Positions 31,934 to 41,524 are shown, counted from the first letter of the stretch. The stretch is DNA of 64,000 nt from Planctomycetota bacterium (GCA_021776795.1 JAJFFC010000008.1:314738-378737); one strand, 5' to 3'. Translations and numbers: made by a program. The notes: a model not told the origin generated them from the sequence alone.

Positions 31934-32423
31934 TCAAGCGTGGATGCTCACGATCCCAACCAATCACGACGCCTCGGATGTCTTGCATTCCAGCCTCAGC
32001 ACTAGCGCCGCGCAATTCCAGCTCCTGGCCGGTTTCCAAGCGCAAGAACTGACGCTCAGCGCCATTGCACTGGTCACAAGCATGAGTCACGACCTCACCG
32101 GAAAGGTCGAGGCGAATCTCCGTGATGACATAGGCGGCATCGAATGCGGCACGCTCCATGTCAGCAAAATCAATCGTCTGTGGCTCGCGCAGTGCGTAGT
32201 GCGCATAGCTATCGACGGTATCGAGGTAAATGGTGTCGGCACCAGCCTGGCGCCGTAAGGCTTTCTCTAATCCGAAAGCCTTATCGTTTCATATTCAGCT
32301 TTCGAACAGGAGACGCACCTTGGCAAAGGGATCTCCTGAATCCCAGGCTGTGTCGGGTGCGAGACTGCAGGACGCCGCGCCAAGCACGGCCAAACTGGCA
32401 AGCAGGGTGAAGATGCGGAACAT
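31923..32423 (-). CDS. Putative selenoprotein: HMA-like lipoprotein with two in-frame TGA codons (U43-I44-U45)
   Basis: ATG 2 nt after upstream stop; signal peptide with AASC lipobox; TGA at 32297-32295 and 32291-32289; frame continues into AFGLEKALRR and joins listed ORF 31923-32159; hairpin follows. Confidence 0.7.
32256..32283 (-). promoter_or_regulatory. SECIS-like hairpin
   Basis: Perfect 10-bp stem UAAGGCUUUC/GAAAGCCUUA with loop GGAUUAGA, 21 and 15 nt after the two UGAs. Confidence 0.6.
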
Positions 32424-32425
32424 GA

Positions 32426-33337
32426 TTAAAAGCGTAAACCGACAGACAAGGAGACTTGGTAATCGAACGGCACTTGCAGGCCACCGTAGGTTGAGGACAA
32501 GGGCACGTCAAGGCTGAAGCCGATATCCCATTGTGGCTGCGGGTGCCAAGCGAGGCCAAATTTACCCAGCCATAGCTCACTGCCGGAGCTCACCACCGGC
32601 ACGCCCATGGAAGTAGCTTGTGCTTGATCGCGGTAAAGCAAACCCAATTTGACGTTGGCGCTTGGGCCAGGATATTGCTTATGCAGGAATCGATAAGCGC
32701 CGACAAAATCCAAGGCCAAGGAATCTCCGTTTTCCCATTGTTGGGTGCCGCTGTGATTGTCCTTGTATAGGGCGATGGCATCGAAGCGCCAACGATCCAA
32801 CTCCAAGTTGGCGGACAGAGAAACAAAGGGGTCCCAGGAGCCAGAGCCGGGCTGCATGCCTGGGCTGACCAACACGCCGGCATCGCGGACGTCGGTTTCT
32901 CCGGTAGGAAGTTCAGTGCCAATCGCAGCCGCGACATGCCAGCCGGAGCGCTCCCAATAGTCATGCGCCACCAACCACTTGAATAAAATCGAGAGGTCAC
33001 CGAGCCCAGAACTTTCGGTGGTGGTGGCGCCGCGGTCGCGACTCTTCTGCACCATCGGCAGCAATGCGGTAAAGCCAAAGCGCGATGTAATGCCGTAATC
33101 AAAACCAAAGGTGGTGCGGTCTTCGCTGTAGCTTTGGTCGAGTGGGTCAAAAACCGAACTCGATCCGGCCTGCAAACCACTGCCTTCACGGTGGAGATGA
33201 CTGACGGAAATGCGCGAGCCTCCTGTAAACAGCATTTCTCCGGTGAGGGTTTCAATCCCGCCGGATTGCGCGGAAAGCGTACTGCTGCACCAGAGTGATG
33301 TAGCCAGGACGGCCAGGGGGAGACATTTGTTGCTCAT
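32426..33337 (-). CDS. Outer-membrane beta-barrel 'transporter' (Phenol_MetA_deg/SphA-like family)
   Basis: Signal peptide; SGLGDLSI, ELPTG, QPGSGSWD motifs; ends in SVGLRF. Confidence 0.75.
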   Translation of the reverse strand: MSNKCLPLAVLATSLWCSSTLSAQSGGIETLTGEMLFTGGSRISVSHLHREGSGLQAGSSSVFDPLDQSYSEDRTTFGFDYGITSRFGFTALLPMVQKSRDRGATTTESSGLGDLSILFKWLVAHDYWERSGWHVAAAIGTELPTGETDVRDAGVLVSPGMQPGSGSWDPFVSLSANLELDRWRFDAIALYKDNHSGTQQWENGDSLALDFVGAYRFLHKQYPGPSANVKLGLLYRDQAQATSMGVPVVSSGSELWLGKFGLAWHPQPQWDIGFSLDVPLSSTYGGLQVPFDYQVSLSVGLRF

Positions 33338-33351
33338 GGACTCCAGTGATT

Positions 33352-34260
33352 CTACTCCTCACACCAAGGGGATTTCTTGAGATGCGCTTCCAGTGTTTCC
33401 AAAAAGGCCTGCAGCGTGGGGTTGCCGGAAAGCCGCCCGGAATACACGGCGTGGAACTCACCTTGCGGCGAGCGATGTTTCTCAAGCACTTCTACGAGGT
33501 CGCCGGCTTCTAAATGGGGTCGGGCAAGCGCGCTTGCGAGAAGAGCAACCCCCAATCCCTTCAGGCAAGACCGCAAGATGACTGTTTCCAAGGTGCAACT
33601 GAAGCGAGAGCTCAGGGCAGCCTGGGTAGTTTTGGGTGACCACGACCAAGCAGGTTCTTGGCCGGGCCGACGATTGAAGGTCAGCACCTCGTGGTCGCCT
33701 AAATCATCGAGGCTCTTTGGCGTGCCATGTTCTGCCAAATAGTCGGGGTGCGCCACCCATCGCAGTTGGGTTACACCCAGCGGCTTAGAAATCAAACTCG
33801 AATCTTGCAGCCTGCCAAAGCGAATCGCCAAATCTAGGTTGCGCTCGAGGAGCGGCTCAGGCTCCATCGTGAACAGAGCTTCCACACGAGTCTCCGGCCA
33901 CGATTGGAGGAAATCGTGAATTACCGGCGCCAACACCATCTCACCGAAGATGGGCGTCGAAGTGACGCGAAAGGTCCCCGAAGGGTGGTCCTTCACCCCT
34001 CGCAGGGCAGCCTTGGCGGCGTGACTTTCTTCCAAGATGCGCAAAGCATGTGAGAACATTCGCCGACCTGCGGAGGTTGGCCTCAAGCTTCGCGTGGTGC
34101 GATCGAGCAGGCGCAATCCAAGGTCTCTCTCGAGCGCAGCCACCCTGCGGTGGACGCGCTGGCGCGGGATTCCCATCTCTCGGGCAGCTGCACTGAAGCT
34201 GCCCGACTGGAGCACCTGACCAAAGTAACTGAGGGCTTCGAGGTCCATGACTTGCTTCAT
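33352..34260 (-). CDS. LysR family transcriptional regulator
   Basis: GSFSAAAREMG..LERDLGLRLLDRTTRSLRPT HTH; DLAIRFG substrate-binding domain. Confidence 0.92.
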   Translation of the reverse strand: MKQVMDLEALSYFGQVLQSGSFSAAAREMGIPRQRVHRRVAALERDLGLRLLDRTTRSLRPTSAGRRMFSHALRILEESHAAKAALRGVKDHPSGTFRVTSTPIFGEMVLAPVIHDFLQSWPETRVEALFTMEPEPLLERNLDLAIRFGRLQDSSLISKPLGVTQLRWVAHPDYLAEHGTPKSLDDLGDHEVLTFNRRPGQEPAWSWSPKTTQAALSSRFSCTLETVILRSCLKGLGVALLASALARPHLEAGDLVEVLEKHRSPQGEFHAVYSGRLSGNPTLQAFLETLEAHLKKSPWCEE

Positions 34261-34325
34261 TATCGAGACAATCTGACCCTATTTCGAGGGATTGTCTTCT
34301 TTTTGTTCCAGCCTAAGCTGAGGGC

Positions 34326-34736
34326 ATGTCGAAACACACACACCTCACAGGGCTCGATTGGGGCCTGCTTCTGATGCGCCTCACCCTGGCCTTCATTCTC
34401 ATTCACCATGGCGCGCAAAAGATGTTTGGCGTCTGGGATGGCCCAGGCCTTTCTGGCTTCGGCGCCTACCTCGGCAGCATGGGCGTACCGATGCCCTCGG
34501 TCAGCGCTTTCCTTGCGGCAGCAGCTGAATTCTTTGGCGGCATCGCACTTCTGGCTGGCGTATTTGTGCGCTTAGCCGCAATCCCAGCTGGATTTACCCT
34601 ACTGGTTGGTGGCTTCCTCTCTCACAGTGGTGTGACCGAGCGCGAGTATCCCTTGAGCCTAGCCATGTTCCTCTTCGCCCTCGCCCTCACCGGCGGCGGT
34701 TCGCTTAGCTTGGTGAAATTCCTTAAGAAATCATGA
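34326..34736 (+). CDS. DoxX family membrane protein
   Basis: R..L..HGAQKMFG, AEFFGG, EYPL. Confidence 0.85.
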   Translation: MSKHTHLTGLDWGLLLMRLTLAFILIHHGAQKMFGVWDGPGLSGFGAYLGSMGVPMPSVSAFLAAAAEFFGGIALLAGVFVRLAAIPAGFTLLVGGFLSHSGVTEREYPLSLAMFLFALALTGGGSLSLVKFLKKS

Positions 34737-35311
34737 ATCCTCCTCGCCTCCTCATGTTCGCCGGCAGTGCCCGTCGCGATTCCTTAAACAAGAAGCTGGC
34801 CGCTGCAGCGGCGCAAGTGGCCCGATCTCTTGGCGCGGAAGTCGATCTCATCGACCTCGCTGACTACCCAATGCCGCTTTATGACGGCGATTTGGAAGCC
34901 GAAGCTTTCCCGCAAGCGGCCAGCGCCTTGCGCGAAAAAATGATTGCCGCAGATGGCTTCCTCTTCGCCTGCCCCGAATACAACGGCTCGATTACCCCGC
35001 TTTTGAAAAATGCTCTGGATTGGACTTCCCGTCCAGGAGGCGGCGTCGACGAAGGCCTCGTCGCCTACCGCGGGAAGGTCGCCGCCTTGGTGGCGACTTC
35101 TCCAGGGGCACTTGGGGGCATGCGTGGCTTGGTCCATGTCCGTTCCATCCTTTCCGGAATTGGTGTCCATGTGGTGCCAGCCGATCTGGCTGTTGGCGGC
35201 GGCTTTCAAGCTTTCGCCGAGGACGGAAGCCTTGCCGACGAGGGCATGGCGATTCGCCTGCAGGAAACCGTCGACGCCCTGGTGCGCACGAGCTCTCTTC
35301 TAGTGTCCTAG
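34733..35311 (+). CDS. NAD(P)H-dependent FMN reductase
   Basis: GSARRDSLN, PEYNGSITPLLKNALDWTSR, SPGALGG. Confidence 0.9.
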   Translation: MNPPRLLMFAGSARRDSLNKKLAAAAAQVARSLGAEVDLIDLADYPMPLYDGDLEAEAFPQAASALREKMIAADGFLFACPEYNGSITPLLKNALDWTSRPGGGVDEGLVAYRGKVAALVATSPGALGGMRGLVHVRSILSGIGVHVVPADLAVGGGFQAFAEDGSLADEGMAIRLQETVDALVRTSSLLVS

Positions 35312-35330
35312 AAAGTGCCCCCGCCGTAGC

Positions 35331-36920
35331 ATGGCCAAGGTGGATTCACGCATCCTCCTCATTGCACTCCTGTTTACCGCCTGCACCATGCCGAAGTCTG
35401 ACCATGCCAAAGCCCCGCAAACTGCGGCGGAGACTAGCCAGGGAGCGCGCACTTCTTCGGTCGAGGAAGTGCAGCATTTCTTGGCCCAACTCCCCGCTTT
35501 GCCGCAGGGAGGGCTCCTGCAAGTTGCGACCTTTGGAAAAACTCACGAAGGCCGTGACATGACTCTGGTGATTGCAGCCAACCCTCCGCTGCACACTGCC
35601 CAAGAGGTTTTGGCTTCAGGCAAGTTGCGCTTACTGGTCAATGCCAACATTCATGCCGGTGAAGTCGAAGGCAAAGAGGCGGTGCAAATGCTTTTGCGCG
35701 AGATTGCGCTTGGCCAACATGAAGAGTTGTTGCGCTACGCGGTCCTTATGTTTGTGCCGGTGTACAACGCCGATGGCAACGAGCGCTTCGACCGCGCCAA
35801 CCGCGCCACGCAAAATGGACCGATCGAGGGCGTCGGCACGCGCGCCAATGCACAAGAACTGGATCTGAATCGGGATTTCCTGAAAGTGGAGGCGCCGGAA
35901 ACTCGTGCACTGCTTGGCCTGATGAATGTCTACGATCCGCACCTGTTTATGGATTTGCATACCACGAACGGATCCTATCACGGCTATCACCTGACCTATT
36001 CGCCGTCGTTGAGCACAAATGTCGACGCAGACATCAACCGCTTTGCGCGCCAAAGCTTTCTGCCCAGCGTGCGCGAGAAAATGGAGCATGCGCATGGCTT
36101 TCGCACATTGGATTACGGCAACTTTACCGACACCGAGCCGCGGGAATGGGTGACCTATGACCATCGCCCCCGCTTTGGCACCAACTACATGGGCTTGCGT
36201 AATCGCCTGAGCGTGCTGTCGGAAGCCTATAGCTATGTGGATTTCCAGACCCGCATTGCGGCCACGCGCGCCTTTGTCTTGACGGTTTTGGAACAAGCCG
36301 TTGCGGATCGAGATCAGATTCGCACTCTACTTGCCACTGCCGATGCGAAAACTGCAGCAGGCACGTGGCAGTTTGGCCATGACAGCCTGCTTGGCGAATC
36401 CATCACTCAAGATGTGTTGGTCGGCAGTGTCCAGGAAGTGGAGTTGCCCGACGACCTCGGCGTGCGCCGGATTGCCGATGAGAGTTATGAATCGGTGGCC
36501 ATGGCCACGCGATTGGGTTTTGTGTCGCAACAGCAAAACTCGCCACCCTTGGGATGGCTACTGCGGCAACCGAGCCAAGAAATGCGCGATCTCCTCGATT
36601 GGCATGGCGTGCAATCCGAGGCGTGGAGCCAACAAGTCCAGGGCCAGCTCGAAGTCTTTGAAATCAGCGCCTGTCATCGCGAAGGCGTCCTGTTTCAGGG
36701 CCATTTTGAGCTGAAGCTAGAAGGCCAGTGGCGGTCTGCGGAAAAAGCTGCCCCCGCCGATGCCCTGTGGATTTCTGCTCATCAACCCTTAGGCCGGGTT
36801 GCAGCGCAGCTTCTCGACCCCTTGAGCGAGGACTCGGCAAGCACCTGGGATCGTCTGCAGGGCTGGGAAGATGTGCAAACAGGCAAAACCGTGCCTTTTC
36901 TGTGGAGAATTCTTGAATAG
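35331..36920 (+). CDS. M14 family zinc carboxypeptidase (probable lipoprotein)
   Basis: NIHAGEVEG (HxxE), DLNRD, DLH; FTAC lipobox; start could be GTG 35340. Confidence 0.85.
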   Translation: MAKVDSRILLIALLFTACTMPKSDHAKAPQTAAETSQGARTSSVEEVQHFLAQLPALPQGGLLQVATFGKTHEGRDMTLVIAANPPLHTAQEVLASGKLRLLVNANIHAGEVEGKEAVQMLLREIALGQHEELLRYAVLMFVPVYNADGNERFDRANRATQNGPIEGVGTRANAQELDLNRDFLKVEAPETRALLGLMNVYDPHLFMDLHTTNGSYHGYHLTYSPSLSTNVDADINRFARQSFLPSVREKMEHAHGFRTLDYGNFTDTEPREWVTYDHRPRFGTNYMGLRNRLSVLSEAYSYVDFQTRIAATRAFVLTVLEQAVADRDQIRTLLATADAKTAAGTWQFGHDSLLGESITQDVLVGSVQEVELPDDLGVRRIADESYESVAMATRLGFVSQQQNSPPLGWLLRQPSQEMRDLLDWHGVQSEAWSQQVQGQLEVFEISACHREGVLFQGHFELKLEGQWRSAEKAAPADALWISAHQPLGRVAAQLLDPLSEDSASTWDRLQGWEDVQTGKTVPFLWRILE

Positions 36921-36957
36921 AATTTCTCAACTGTCAATTCCTGACCTACGATACTGG

Positions 36958-37686
36958 ATGATGAAAGCGATTCTTCTCCCTATTCTCATGGCTGGCGCCC
37001 TCACAAGTGCCGCCACAGCACAGGAGGTCAAACCGACCCCGGTGCAAGCTCCGGCCGAAGACGCCGCGAAAGAAGTCAAGAAGCCCACGGTTTACACCGT
37101 TGGCACACAGGTCCCTACTGACCTGGTCCTGACTGATCTCGATGGCAAGACTCTGTCCATGAAAGAGCTCCGCGGTAAGACCGTGGTCGTGACCTGGTAT
37201 GCCATCCATTGCCCAGCCATCACGGCCACCGTGGAACGCCTCAAGACTATGGCCAAGGAGTTCGAAGGTGATAAGGATGTCGTCTTCATTGCCATCAACA
37301 GCGACAAAAATGAGCTGGCCGATGCCAAGCCCAAAGGTGTCGACAAGGACGGCAACCCAATCAAGCCTTATGCCACCATCCGCAACTACATGAAGGACAA
37401 GAAGATCAACTTCCGCATGTTCGTGGATCCGGGCAACAAGATTGCTGACCGCTTCCAGGCGAAGACCACCCCGCATATGTTTGTCATCGATGGCAAAGGT
37501 ATCGTGCGTTACTCCGGTGCGCTCGATAACGATATGCGCCTGAAGAAGGAAGAAAAGGACTACCGTAACTACGTTTCCGAAACGGTCGAGGCCATCAAGG
37601 CCAACCGCTTGGTCACCACGACCAACACCAAGCCTTATGGCTGAAGTGTGAAGCGCGAGCGCCGGTCTGGCGCTTCTAAGAGCTGA
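36958..37686 (+). CDS. Exported AhpC/TSA redoxin (Prx-like), probably a selenoprotein read through TGA 37642-37644
   Basis: HCP, AINS, AKTTPHMFVID, YSGALD motifs; C-terminal TKPYG-TGA-SVK where the family motif is GCS(V/I)K; hairpin follows. Confidence 0.75.
37657..37675 (+). promoter_or_regulatory. SECIS-like hairpin
   Basis: AGCGCC-GGUCU-GGCGCU; loop starts 19 nt after UGA. Confidence 0.55.
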
Positions 37687-37710
37687 ACGCTTTCTTTCTC
37701 TGTGAATAAC

Positions 37711-37750
37711 AATCGGGTCTGGGCAGAAATGCCCAGACCCGATTCCTTTT
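37711..37750. terminator. Bidirectional terminator
   Basis: 15-bp perfect stem with GAAA loop between convergent genes. Confidence 0.85.
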
Positions 37751-37765
37751 CCCTGGCAAGTTGGC

Positions 37766-40700
37766 CTACTTGTCTTCCTCTGTCACACCCAAACCGCTAC
37801 GGTCCGGGTAAGCCGGGCGTTTCGGTGCGCGATAGGCTTCGGTCGCCAAACGCTCCATCATGTGTTCGATGGCAACATCGAGTTGAGGATCTCCGCCATC
37901 GACCATCTTCGAGGGATCATCCATGACTTCAATGTCTGGATCGACGCCGTGGCCTTCGATACCCCAGGTGCCATCGTTGTCGTAGAAGGCGAAAGTCGGC
38001 ACGGTAATGCCGCCACCATCAATCAGGCCGGGGTTGCCGGAGATACCGACCAATCCACCCCAAGTGCGGCGGCCAATCAACTTGCCGAGGCCAGCTTGGC
38101 GGAAGTACGACGGGAAAGCGTCGCCACCGGAGCCGGCATCTTCGTTGATGAGCATGCACTTCAAGCCCTGGTGCGAATCCGGTGGCCAGTGAATATCCTT
38201 GGCTCCTCGGGTTGCCCAGTAGTTGGTTACAGGGCGGTTGAGTAGCTCGATGAAACGCGTGGGGATTTGCCCGCCACCATTCCAACGCTCGTCAATGATC
38301 AGACCGTCTTTGAGAATCTGACCGTAGAACTGGCGGAACAAGTTGTTCTGCCCATTCACGCCGGTGTCAGGAACGTAGATGTAACCCAAGCGGCCACCAC
38401 TCATTTCCTCGACGTAACGACGGTTCTTTTCAATCCACGCGCGGTAGCGCAGATTGCTGTCATTGGTCAGCGTCTTCACGATGACTTCGCGAGCGTCGTC
38501 AGTCATGGTCGGTTCGGCGCTCACCGTAAGCACGACCTCTTTCCCGCCTAGGCCGACGAAGGCGGCCCAAGGATCTTGGGTTGGGTCGAGCGGACGACCA
38601 TTGACGGCAAGAAGGAAGTCGCCTTCGTTGACATCGACACCGGCGGCGGAAAGTGGTCCGATCGCATCGGTGTCCCAGGCGGCACCACGAATGATGCGCG
38701 CGATTTGGTAGGCACCGTTGTTCAACTCATAATCCACACCAAGCATGCCAACGTTGGTCGAAGGTCCGTTTGGAGAACCATCGCCATTGCCCGACAGGTA
38801 GGCGTGGCCGACGTTTGCCTCGGCGATGACCTCGCCAATCAAGTAGGTCAGGTCTTCTCGACTCGAGCAGAAGGGAACCATGGCAGCGTAGTGATCGTGC
38901 ACCGCCTGCCAATCGACGCCGTGCATTTGCGGGTCGTAGAAGTAGTCACGGAAGATGCGCCAAGCATCGGTGAACAGCTGTGGATATTCCACACTGGGGT
39001 CAATCCGTAGCTGCATGCCATCGGTCGGCACGTTCTTGCCGGAAGCGCCAGCCTTGGCGTCCATGATCGAAGCCGCGCGCCCACGTGGGGAGAGCAACTT
39101 CTTGCCATTGGCAGAAAGCATGAACCCGCCGCCTCCGCTGACATCCTTCTCGGCAGGCTTGTCATCGTGTAGGTCCAGCATCTTGATGCCACCGCTGCTA
39201 CCCCGACGAACGTACAGCAACTGGTTCTTATCGTTGACGGCCAAGTTGCCGAAGCTGCCATGAGTCACTGGCAGAGCAAAGGCGCGCTCTTCGAAGCTCT
39301 CAAAGTCAATCAAGACTTCTTCGGCCACTTCGTCGGAACCGCCATCGCTGTCACTGTCGCCATCTTGACCAGAGGAGGCGCGTTCGAGGCGGAAGGTGAA
39401 CTCCAGTCCCTCGGACTCAATCACGCCATTGCCTTCCATGACATTGGCGTCGATGGTGGCCTCAATGCTCACGGAGCCTCCATCATCGGTAGCCAGAGTC
39501 ATGGTGACGGCACCAGAATCTGGGTTGTAGCTGCCACTCGCCACGCTGGCATTACCCATGGGCGCGGTCACGCTACCACTCAGGCTGTTGTCAGCATTGA
39601 GGACCAAGTCGAAGGTGATGGGCATGTCCTCTGGGAGAACATCGGCACTGAGATTTCCAGACCAAGAGCCGGTGACGCCATCGTCGGAGGCAGCATCGCC
39701 CTCAGCAGCCTCTTGCTCTTCCGAGTCCTCGCCTTCTTCGTCTGCCTCTTCCTCTTCCCCTTCACCTTCTTCATCCCAACTCACGACATCGTGCTCGGGA
39801 GCCCAAAGACGCTCGGATTCGGCCTGCAGAGGCACGGCAACCAACACCTGACTGTCTTCATAGATGAAGCTCGAATCAATGTCACTGTAGGTTGGCGAGA
39901 ACCGGCGCGAACTGGCGTAGTACAGGTACTTGCCTTCGCGATCGAAGGCCGGGCTGTTGTCAGCAAAGAAGCCGCTGGTCACCTGTTGGCTTTCACCGCT
40001 AGTGGTGTCGTAAATCCAGATCGAAGTCTGGGCGTTGTCATCGGCGGCACGGGAGTAGGTCAACCAACGGCTATCCACAGACCAATCAACACCGCCAATG
40101 CTGCCAATCCAGAACCCGAAGGGGCTGGTATCGACCACTTTGGTGGTGTTGCTCTCCAAGTCATAGAGGTGCAGGGTGCCGTCGCTGTCGACATAGGCAA
40201 TCGATTGTGAATCGGGCGACCACAGCATGCCCAGCTTGAACACGCCGCCAGCGTTGGTGAGCTGCTTGGTTTCTCCGCGGCCATCGGACTGCGTCATCCA
40301 TAACTCGTACTCCCCGCTTTGATCTGAGAAGTAGGCAATCCATTGGCCATCAGGGCTCCATTCCGGGGAGCGCTCGGCAGTGCCATTGCTATGGGTCAGG
40401 TTGACGGGAACTCCCTTTTCGGAGGGCAAGGACCAGATATCGCCGCGAGCAGAAACCGCAGCGCGCTTGGCGTTGGGGCTGACAGTCCAAGAGGAAATGA
40501 ACTTGGCGGCATCGACCGTGCGCGGACGCAGGTTCGAGCGCTCACCAGGAACCACGACTTCCACAGTGGTGTCCTTACCACTCTTCAGGTCTAGCAGCTT
40601 GAGGTCATGCCCCAACTGGAAGACGATTTCGCCTTGACCGCGCCTGCCTGGGCCCATGCTGGGCCATTTGATGTCGTTGTCCGCAAACTTGGTGATTTGC

Positions 40701-41437
40701 TTGGGCGCTCCGCCATCTGGATCTAAGCGCCAAATGTTCATGCGGTTTGCCGGGCCGGCATCGGAAAGGTAATACAACTTGCCTTTCCACCACATGGGCT
40801 GGGTGTCGGTGCCTTCCCAATCGGTCACTTTCTTGGCACTGTGGTCCTTCAGGTTGAACAGCCAAATGTCGGTGGCCAGACCACCGCGATAGCGTTTCCA
40901 GGTGCGGTTATCCCGCGTGCGCGGCGTGTAAGCCAACCAAGTTCCACTTTCGTCGATGGAACTAAAGGTGCCGTATGGGATCGGCAATGTAGTCGGCATA
41001 CCACCAATCGAAGACACCGTGAACACCTGCGCTTGGCGCTGCAAGCCGGCTTGGCCATTGGCAAAGTACAGTAAATCACCATTGGGCATCCATTCGCACA
41101 AAGTTTCATTGGCCGGATGGTGCGTAACCCGTTCCGCAAAGCCACCGGCTAAGGAAATCGTGTAGAGGTCGGTATCGCCTTCGTAGTTGCCGACAAAGGC
41201 CACCGCCTGGCCATCGGCACTAAAGCGCGGGAAGCGCTCGGGGCCTGCCGGGGAAACCAAAGGTGTGGCCACTCCGCCGTCTCGTGGCACCAGCCACAAG
41301 TCGTTGGCATAACTGAATACAATATGAGTCGAACTCACATCGGGGTATCGCAGCATGCCGGCCGGAACCGGGTCGGAAGAGTCCTGGGCCAAAGCTGGCG
41401 CCAGGAGGGGAAGCATGAGGGCAATTGGGGGGAGCAT
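37766..41437 (-). CDS. Tricorn protease homologue (S41)
   Basis: Beta-propeller repeats, WKRYRGG, PDZ domain, DERWNGGG, AGSGGD, GRRTWGG, DPQL. Confidence 0.92.
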   Translation of the reverse strand: MLPPIALMLPLLAPALAQDSSDPVPAGMLRYPDVSSTHIVFSYANDLWLVPRDGGVATPLVSPAGPERFPRFSADGQAVAFVGNYEGDTDLYTISLAGGFAERVTHHPANETLCEWMPNGDLLYFANGQAGLQRQAQVFTVSSIGGMPTTLPIPYGTFSSIDESGTWLAYTPRTRDNRTWKRYRGGLATDIWLFNLKDHSAKKVTDWEGTDTQPMWWKGKLYYLSDAGPANRMNIWRLDPDGGAPKQITKFADNDIKWPSMGPGRRGQGEIVFQLGHDLKLLDLKSGKDTTVEVVVPGERSNLRPRTVDAAKFISSWTVSPNAKRAAVSARGDIWSLPSEKGVPVNLTHSNGTAERSPEWSPDGQWIAYFSDQSGEYELWMTQSDGRGETKQLTNAGGVFKLGMLWSPDSQSIAYVDSDGTLHLYDLESNTTKVVDTSPFGFWIGSIGGVDWSVDSRWLTYSRAADDNAQTSIWIYDTTSGESQQVTSGFFADNSPAFDREGKYLYYASSRRFSPTYSDIDSSFIYEDSQVLVAVPLQAESERLWAPEHDVVSWDEEGEGEEEEADEEGEDSEEQEAAEGDAASDDGVTGSWSGNLSADVLPEDMPITFDLVLNADNSLSGSVTAPMGNASVASGSYNPDSGAVTMTLATDDGGSVSIEATIDANVMEGNGVIESEGLEFTFRLERASSGQDGDSDSDGGSDEVAEEVLIDFESFEERAFALPVTHGSFGNLAVNDKNQLLYVRRGSSGGIKMLDLHDDKPAEKDVSGGGGFMLSANGKKLLSPRGRAASIMDAKAGASGKNVPTDGMQLRIDPSVEYPQLFTDAWRIFRDYFYDPQMHGVDWQAVHDHYAAMVPFCSSREDLTYLIGEVIAEANVGHAYLSGNGDGSPNGPSTNVGMLGVDYELNNGAYQIARIIRGAAWDTDAIGPLSAAGVDVNEGDFLLAVNGRPLDPTQDPWAAFVGLGGKEVVLTVSAEPTMTDDAREVIVKTLTNDSNLRYRAWIEKNRRYVEEMSGGRLGYIYVPDTGVNGQNNLFRQFYGQILKDGLIIDERWNGGGQIPTRFIELLNRPVTNYWATRGAKDIHWPPDSHQGLKCMLINEDAGSGGDAFPSYFRQAGLGKLIGRRTWGGLVGISGNPGLIDGGGITVPTFAFYDNDGTWGIEGHGVDPDIEVMDDPSKMVDGGDPQLDVAIEHMMERLATEAYRAPKRPAYPDRSGLGVTEEDK

Positions 41438-41524
41438 GACGTTGTCTCGCCAACGCGCTAAAAGGGTTCGCGTTGGGAACTTTGTCTGCCGAGGGTAGAG
41501 CCTTGGCCCTCTTCCGTGGGCTCA

